From NCBI RefSeq assembly GCF_006345805.1, contig NW_021833445.1, positions 1 to 64,000 of the forward strand: 64,000 nucleotides of DNA, read 5' to 3'. Below the pieces are notes generated by a model. The model had not been told where the DNA came from. It saw nothing but the letters and a program-made list of their open reading frames with translations, and ran no database searches. Each line of letters begins with the position of its first letter. Position 1 is the first letter of the stretch. The stretch comes from Octopus sinensis. Taxonomy: Eukaryota. The translations under genes were made by a program, and so were the position numbers. This document shows positions 36,876 through 45,700 of the stretch, piece after piece.

Positions 36876-39800
36876 CGTCTGTGTTTGTCCCCCCAACATC
36901 GCTTGACAACCGATGTTGGTGTGTTTACGTCCCCGTAACTTAGCGGTTCGGCAAAAGAGACCGTTAGAATAAGTACTGGGCTTACAAAGAGAATAAGTCC
37001 CGGGGTCGATTTGCTCGATTAAAGGCGGTGCTCCAGCATGGCCGCAGTCAAATGACTGAAACAAGCAAAAGTGTAAAAGTGTAAGAGTAAAGAATAAAGA
37101 GTAAAGAGAGTGCGTGTGTTTTTATTGGCTAAACTGGCAAAATGACCATTGGTCAGCTAAATACAACAATATCTGTTTCAACACACGATTTCAAATCAAG
37201 AATATTGCAAAACAAATATATATATATCGGGCATGGCTGTGTGGTTAGGGAGCTTGCTTCCTAGCCATATGGTTTCGGGTTCAGTCCCACTGCGTGGCAC
37301 TTTGGGTAGGTGTCTTTCACTATAGCCCTGAGCCGACCGGAGCTTTGTGATTGAATTCGGTAGGTGGAAGTTACTGCCGTGTGGGTATGTGTGCATAAGG
37401 TGGTGAGCTGGCAGAACCGTTAGCACGCCGGGCGAAATGCTCAGTGGTATTTCTTCTGCGTTACGTTGTGAGTTCAAATTCCGCCGAGGTCGACTTTGCC
37501 TTTCATCCTTTCGGGGTCGATAAATTAAGTACCAGTTACGCACTGGGGTCGATATAATCGACTTAATACCTATGTCTGTCCTTGTTTGTCCCCTCTGTGT
37601 TTAGCCCCTTGTGGGTAATAAAGAAATAGGTATTTCGTCTGTCTTTACGTTCTGAGTTCAAATTCCGCCGAGGTCGACTTTGCCTTTCATCCTTTCGGGG
37701 TCGATAAATTAAGTACCAGTTACGCACTGGGGTCGATATAATCGACTTAATACCTATGTCTGTCCTTGTTTGTCCCCTCTGTGTTTAGCCCCTTGTGGGT
37801 AATAAAGAAATAGGTATTTCGTCTGTCTTTACGTTCTGAGTTCAAATTCCGCCGAGGTCGACTTTGCCTTTCATCCTTTCGGGGTCGATTAAATTAGTAC
37901 CAGTTACGCCTGGTGTCGATATAATCGACTTAATACCTATGTCTGTCCTTGTTTGTCCCCTCTGTGTTTAGCCCCTTGTGGGTAATAAAGAAATAGGTAT
38001 GTGTGCGTATAGCTGCTCAGTGCCTCTCCGAAAGAGAGAGAGGGATAACTGTACTGTTATTGTCCCCGTCCATTTATATTCTCATGATTTAATATGTGTA
38101 ACTTCTACCACAGGCTCCAGTCCGTTATGGCCGCCAAAACTGAACAATCCCACATTAGACTGTGTAAAGCTGTCTGTTTATCCATCGCATATTCAGCCAA
38201 TGTCGGAGGTATGGGTACCCTAACAGGAACGGGCCCAAATTTGGTGATGAAAGGACAGTCGGATTTGTAAGTATTTATATTGAACTCCTTCGCATATGTC
38301 TGTCTGTTTGTCTGTGCCTCAGTTTGTCTGTTTATATAGTAAATACTAGTAAAAAGACTACGCATGTTTCATGGCTATATTTTCAAATAGATAATAATAA
38401 TAATAAAATCAATTCGATTCAAAATTAAATCGAACTAAAATTAATTCTATTTAAAAATATAGTCACTCATCAGGTCTAAGATAATAAATAAATAAAAAAT
38501 AATAATAGAATAAATGGTACTTATCTTAATTTATACTAATTATCAAATAAATATATTAAAAAATACATGTATTTACTATAAATAATCGAAATGCATTTAA
38601 CAATATTTCTTATATATATGCTTATATATATATATTTATATATACATGCTTATTGCTGATCCCATCATATATATATATAGAAATAATTAAGATTCAGTTG
38701 AATTAGGTACTTAAGTTGAAGCACCAAGTCAGTCTGGTATTATTTGTACAGCTCGAAGTAAGGTGAATAAAATCAAAATAAGCAACAGGACATCAAGAAG
38801 TGATGCAGTACGACCGTTTCAAGCAGCTCCATTTAATTGAACAAAGCAAGCATTACATCAATTTAAATTATATTATTACACACATGTGAGTGAGAACACT
38901 TTGAGATATTTTTGGTATCTAACATATGTCAGATACTGCGAGCGCTGCTTCTGATTGGTCAATCCATGGTGATGACCCGAGGTGACGGTGACAGCGCTGC
39001 TTCTGATTGGTCAATCCATGGTGATGACCCGAGGTGACGGTGACAGCGCTGCTTCTGATTGGTCCATCCATGGTGATGACCTGAGGTCACGGTGATGGCT
39101 CTACTTTTGTCATTCATAAGTTACAACATGATGTGAAGAATTTAGTTATTGGGTTAATAAAATATGGTCGTTTATTCGTGTGTAATAAATAAAATACCAA
39201 CTCATTCCCTATGGATACCGTATTTATTACAACGAGTGGCTTGTAAACGTATCTAATTCGCTTTCGCTCGTTAGATACGTTTACAAGCCACTCGTAATAA
39301 ATACGGTATCCATAGGGATCTCGTTTGGTATTCTCTATATACTATCCATGCGTAAGTGTGAGGGCGCGTGGCTTAGTGGTTAGGGCATTCGGCTCATGAT
39401 CGTAAGGTTGTGAGTTCGATTCCCGGCGACGCGTTGTGTCCTTGAGCAAGACACTTTATTTCACGTTGCTCCAGTCCACTCAGCTGGCAAAAATGAGTTG
39501 TACTTGTATTTCAAAGGGTCAGCCTTGTCACTCTCTGTGTCACGCTGATTATCCCCGAGAACTACGTTAAGGGTACACGTGTCTGTGGAATGCTCAGCCA
39601 TTTGCACGTTAATTTCACGAGCAAGCTGTTCCGTTGATCGTATCAGCTGGGACCCTCGTCGTCGTAACCGGCGGAGTCTTTTTTTTTTAATCCATGCGTA
39701 AGAAACTCCCATATTTTTTAACGTAATTTTTGACAAAAAAGGGTTCCTTATCCATGTTAAAATACGGTTTGTGTTTGTTTCTCCACACAGGTTCTTCAGC

Positions 39801-40740
39801 GAGGTAGGGCTACCCCCACCAGTGACCTTTGCGAACTGGATGCTGTTTGGCATCCCTCTGTCATTCATCAACCTCATCTTCATCTGGTTCTGGCTCATTG
39901 TCTTTGAGTTACGGCAATGGTAAGTAATCGTTTTACACACACACTGTTCCAGGCGCGTTAACCAGCCCACTTGTGCGTACCTTTTCCTTCTTTGGACACT
40001 AACACTCTGCTTGCGAAGACCTGTTGAGGCAAGTGAAATAGGAATCGAAATCAAATTCGATGACTGGCATCCGTGCTAGCGGGACACAAAGAGCACCACC
40101 CAAGCGTGATCGTTGCCAGAGCAGCCAACTGGCTTCTGTGCCAGTAGCACGTAAAAGGCACCATTCAAGTGTGATCGTTACCAGTGTCGCCTTACTGGCA
40201 CTCGAGCCCCGTGCTAGTAGGGTGCTAAGAGCACCATCTGAGCGTGGTCGTTGCCAGAGCGGCTAACCGGCTTCCGTGCTGGTGACACATAAAAGGGCAC
40301 CATTCGAGTGTGATTGTTACCAGCATCGCCTTACTGGCACTTGAGCCCCGTGCTAGTAGGGTGCTAAGAACACCATCCGAGCATGATCGTTGCCAGAGCG
40401 GCTAACTGGCCTCCATGCTGGTGGCACGTAAAGGCACCATTCGAGCGGGATCGTTACCAGCATCACCTTACTGGCACCTGTGTCGGTGGCATGTGTAAAA
40501 TGATTGGAGCGAGGTCGTTGCCAGTACCACCTGACTGGCCCCCGTGCCAGTGACACGTAAAAGCACGCACTACACTCTCGGAGTGGTTGGCGTTAGGAAG
40601 GGCATCAAGCTGTAGAAACTCTGCCAGATCAAGATTGGAGCCTGGTGCGGCCATCTGGTTTGCCAGTCCTCAGTCAAAATTGTCCAACCCATGCTAGCAT
40701 GGAAAGCAGACATTAAACAACGATGATAATGATGATGACT

Positions 40741-40813
<73 letters not shown>

Positions 40814-41367
40814 GGCTGTGTGGTGAGAGAGCTTGCTTCCCAACTACTTGGTTCCGGGTTCAGTCCCGCTATGTGGCACCTTGGGGAAGTGTCTTCTACT
40901 GGTGCACATGCACCCTTATAAGGTTTAGGACAGTTGACCTGCTTTCACACAGGGGTGTCAGGACTTCGTCACCACAGTATGTGTGTGTTGTGTATAAGTG
41001 TGTGTGTGTGTGTATTTTAACCACAAAATATCTCAGAATGGTTAGAATTCTTCGTCCCATTTGCAGGAATCCGAAATTGTGGTGCTGCAACAAGGACGGC
41101 ACAGGAAACAACCTGAGGGTCCGGAGACTGATTCAGGAAGAGATGAGGACCCTAGGGAACATCACGTATGTATAGTCATGGAAGGAGGGAGGGGGGGACC
41201 AACCGCCTGGGGACCAAAGACACACACACACACACGTACACTCATGTGTGTGTGTTAGTGTGAAGGTGTATGTGTGTGTGTGTGTGGGTGTGTATGTATG
41301 TGTGTATGCGTGTGTGGAGGGTGTATGTTTCTGTATGTATGTATGTTTGTGTTTGTGTCTCTGCACA

Positions 41368-41401
<34 letters not shown>

Positions 41402-42760
41402 TGTGTGAGCTGTTATCACTGATGTTTTGTGTATTTGAACCCTCACCAACAACACCACCACCACCACAACATACACACACACCACCACCACACCCACTAC
41501 TACTACTACTACTACACACACACACCACCACCACACCCACCACCACTACTACCACTACTACTACTACTACTACACACACATACACACACCACCACCACAC
41601 CCACTACTACCACTACTACTACTACTACTACTACACACACACATACATACACCACCACCACACCCACTACTACTACTACACACACACACACCACCACACC
41701 CACTACTACTACTACTGCACACACGCACACACACACACCACTCCCACTCCCACCACCACCACCACTACCACCACCCTAGTCATGAACCAAACCCTTTTCT
41801 TTTTTCACCCCAGAATCCCTTTTAAATCTTTTCCAGATTTGCTGAGATCCTGACTGGTGTTTGCTTCCTGGTTCTCACTCTCCTCTGGATAACACGTGAC
41901 CTGCAGTCGGCTGGAGGGTGGAAGAACTTGTTTAAGGACAAGTAAGGCTTACTTTTATATAATTGAAGTAGTGAGTGGCACGGCTGGAAGGGCAGAGTAA
42001 ACATAGGGGTGGAAGAATGTGTCTGAGGACAAGTAAAGCTTACTTTCATTTTATTAAAGTTGTGATGGGTGAGGCTGGAAGGGCTGACCTAACATAAGAG
42101 TGTAAGAACTTGTTTGAGGGCATGTGGCGTAGTGATTAAGAGCGCGGGCTACTAACCCCAAGATTCCGAGTTCGATTCCAAGCAGTGACCTGAACAATAA
42201 TAATAATGATAATAATAATAATAATAAGTGGTTCTCGTGGCTTCTGATCTTAACTGATTGGAAGTGTTATCATGTACATTGTTTTGTCTTGGTATAAAAG
42301 ATGGGCTACAGCAAATATTCTGCTCAATACCACAGAATTGCTTGTCAGTTGTTTGACCTTAATCAGTTGAGCATGTCCCTTAGTGGCTGACGATCTGTGC
42401 ATCTCTGATCACGAGCAGAAGTAGTGGGGGAGCATCATAGCCATGTGTTGAGAGGGATTCTTTGGGGTTTGAATAATTCACTTCTGGAAACAGGGGTGGT
42501 TCTTTCAACATCCTTAAACAACCCTTATTCAGGGACCGTTTGAGCGGGATGGGCTACTCAACCTGAAGAAAATTCTAACTGGGCCCCACCTGCAAGGTCA
42601 TGTGCTGTTTATCTTGATATGAGATCACCATGTCATGCACATATGGTTGTGATGCATGTGCCTGGTGTACCCTTATCAGACGGGTAGTCATGATGGGTAT
42701 ATTGGGCTTCGTATATTTTACCCCAGTGTCACTTTGATGGCATGCACTGCTCTCTCACTC

Positions 42761-42793
<33 letters not shown>

Positions 42794-45700
42794 CATCATC
42801 ATCATCATTTAGCGTCCGTTTCCATGCTAGCATGGGTTGGAGGTTCAACTGGGGTCTGGAAAGCCAGAAGGCTGCATCAGGCCCAGTCTGATCTGGCAGT
42901 GTTTCTACGTGTGGTACCCTTCCTAACACCAACCACTCCATGAGTGTAGTGGGTGCTTTTTACGTGCCACACGCACAGGTGCCAGACGGAGCTGGCAAAC
43001 GGCCACAAACGGATGGTGCTTTTACGTGCCACCGGCACGGGGCCCCCAATAATATCGAAAAATACGTTAAGAATGAGAACCTAGGTTCAAAATTTCCCCC
43101 AAGACACCTGAAGAAGGCTGGAGGGTATATCAGCCGAAACATTGTGTTAACAACAAACAAGATGAGGAGAAATATCCATCAAATGTAAACAATGTACATA
43201 ATTCCTCATCTCTTAAATCTAGAATTGTATTACTAAAGGGTTAATCCTTTCCATTCTACAGGTATGTCACGGATACAACAGCTGCCATGTTCATCTCCAT
43301 CCTGCTGTTTATTTTGCCGTCCAAAGTTCCCAGATTCTCCTGGAAAGGTATTGAAGTTTTTGGTCCTTTGTTTTTCTATATAAGACTGTAGAAGAAAGTG
43401 TGTAGTTCATTGTGTGAGGGGGAAGAGAGAGAGAGGGAGAGAGAGAGAGGAGGAAGAGGAAGAGAGAGAGAGAGACAAACGGAGAGGGAGTAAGAAAAGG
43501 GGAGAGGCAGACGGAGAGAGGTAAAGATAGAGGGAGAGAGAATGAAAGGGAGGGAAAGAGAGAAAAATAGAGAAGTAAAGATAGAGAAAGACAGAATGAG
43601 AGGGAGGGAGGGAGGGAGAGAGAGACAGAATGAGAGGGAGGAAGAGAGAGACAGAATGAGAGGGAGGGAGAGAGAGACAGAATGAGAGGGAGGGAGAGAG
43701 AAACAGAATGAGAGGGAGGGAGAGGGAGACAGAATGAGAGGGAGGGAGAGAGAGAGACAGAATGAGAGGGAGGAAGAGGGAGACAGAATGAGAGGGAGGG
43801 AAAGTGAGAGAGAGAGAGACAGAGATGTAAAGATAGATAGAGATATTGGCAAAAGAGAACCGACAGAATAAGTGGTAGGCTTACAAAGAATAAGTCCCGG
43901 GGTCGATTTGTTCGATTAAAGGCAGTGCTCCAGCATGGCCACAGTCAAATGACTGAAACCAGTAAAAGAGTAAAATTATAAACTGTAGTGGCTGTGTGGT
44001 AAGTAGCTTCTTTACCAACCACATGGTTGCGGGTTCAGTCCCACTGCGTGGCATCTTGGGCAAGTGTCTTCTGCTATAGCCCCGGGCCGACCAATGCCTT
44101 GTGAGTGGATTTGGTAGATGGAAACTGAAAGAAGCCTGTCGTATATATGTATATATATGTTTGTGTGTCTGTGTTTGTTCCCCTAGCATTGCTTGACAAC
44201 CGATGCCAGTGTGTTTACGTTCCCGTCACCTAGCGGTTCGGCAAAAGAGACCGATAGAATAAGTCCCGGGGTCGAGTTGCTCGACTAAAGGCGGTGCTCC
44301 AGCATGGCCACAGTCAAATGACTGAAACAAGTAAAAGAGTAAAATTATAAACTGTATTTAATCATAAACATGTTCTCTACCGTTTATCTGACAGGGCACG
44401 GCGCTGGAGGGTGGCCCACCATACTCACATGGAAAGTCGTGGAGACGAGACTGAACTGGGGCATCATCTTACTGTTGGGTGGTGGATTTGCCATAGCAGC
44501 TGTTTCGAGGGTAAGTTGTAATTAATCTGAACTGAGGTAGAATCAGGTAAGTCAATTTTAATTATCGATGGTAGTGGAGCGCTAAGAGCACCATCTGAGC
44601 GTGATCGTTGCCAGAGCAGCTAACTGGCTTCCGTGCCGGTGGCACGTAAAAAGCACCATTCGAGCGTGATCGTTACCAGCATCGCCTTATTGGCATCTGT
44701 GTGGAGGCGCAATGGCCCAGTGGTTAGGGCAGCGGACTCGCGGTCATAGGATTGCGGTTTCGATTCCCAGACCGGGCGTTGCGAGTGTTTATTGAGCGAA
44801 AACACCTAAAAGCTCCACGAGGCTCCGGCAGGGGATGATGGTGATCCCTGCTGTACTCTTTCACCACAACTTTCTCTCACTCTTACTTCCTGTTTCTGTT
44901 GTACCTGTATTTCAAAGGGCCGGCCTTGTCACTCTCTGTGTCACGCTGAATATCCCCGAGAACTACGTTAAGTGTACACGTGTCTGTGGAGTGCTCAGCC
45001 ACTTACACGTTAATTTCACGAGTAGACTATTCCGTTGATTCGGATCAACCGGAACCCTCATCGTCGTAACCGACGGAGTGCTTTCAAACATTAGCATCTG
45101 TGCTGGTGGCACGTGGAAAAACACAACACACAGCCTGGTCTGGGAATTGAAATCACAACTTCATGATTGTAAGCCCAATGCTCTGAGCACTGAGCCATGC
45201 ATCTTCAAACACACACACAGCCATTCAAGAATTTGGACCTGGAGATCTCCATTTCCAGCGACTTCGAGGGCTACCTCCCAGTGGTGTCGGGTGTCAACTA
45301 AGAGCCCTTGACTACAACATGATGACCAAAGTTTTTTTTTCCAAGGACTGGGGTCTCCTGTCCCTAAGCCCTAGACCATCACCTAATCACCCCTACCCGT
45401 CTTGTTGCTTAATAACAACAACACACACACACACTCACACACATGGACACGCACACATATATGGAAGCACTCCGTCGGTTACGACGACGAGGGTTCCGGT
45501 TGATCCGATCAAAGGAACAGCCTGCTCGTGAAATTAACGTGTAAGTGGCTGAGCACTCCACAGACACTGTACCCTTAACGTAGTCTCGGAGATATTCAGC
45601 GTGACACAGAGAGTGACAAGGCCGGCCCTTGAAATACAGGTACAACAGAAACAGGAAGTAAGAGTGAGAGAAAGTTGTGGTGAAGAGTACAGCAGGGATC

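Noticed and set aside
38790-38870. Minus-strand GAAACGGTC hammerhead-like end
   Set aside because: No intact CUGANGA core or helix I.
42118-42195. Functional tRNA genes at SINE heads (also 1630, 4547, 22183, 60408)
   Set aside because: A/B boxes only; no complete cloverleaf evident, and each continues into a repeat body.
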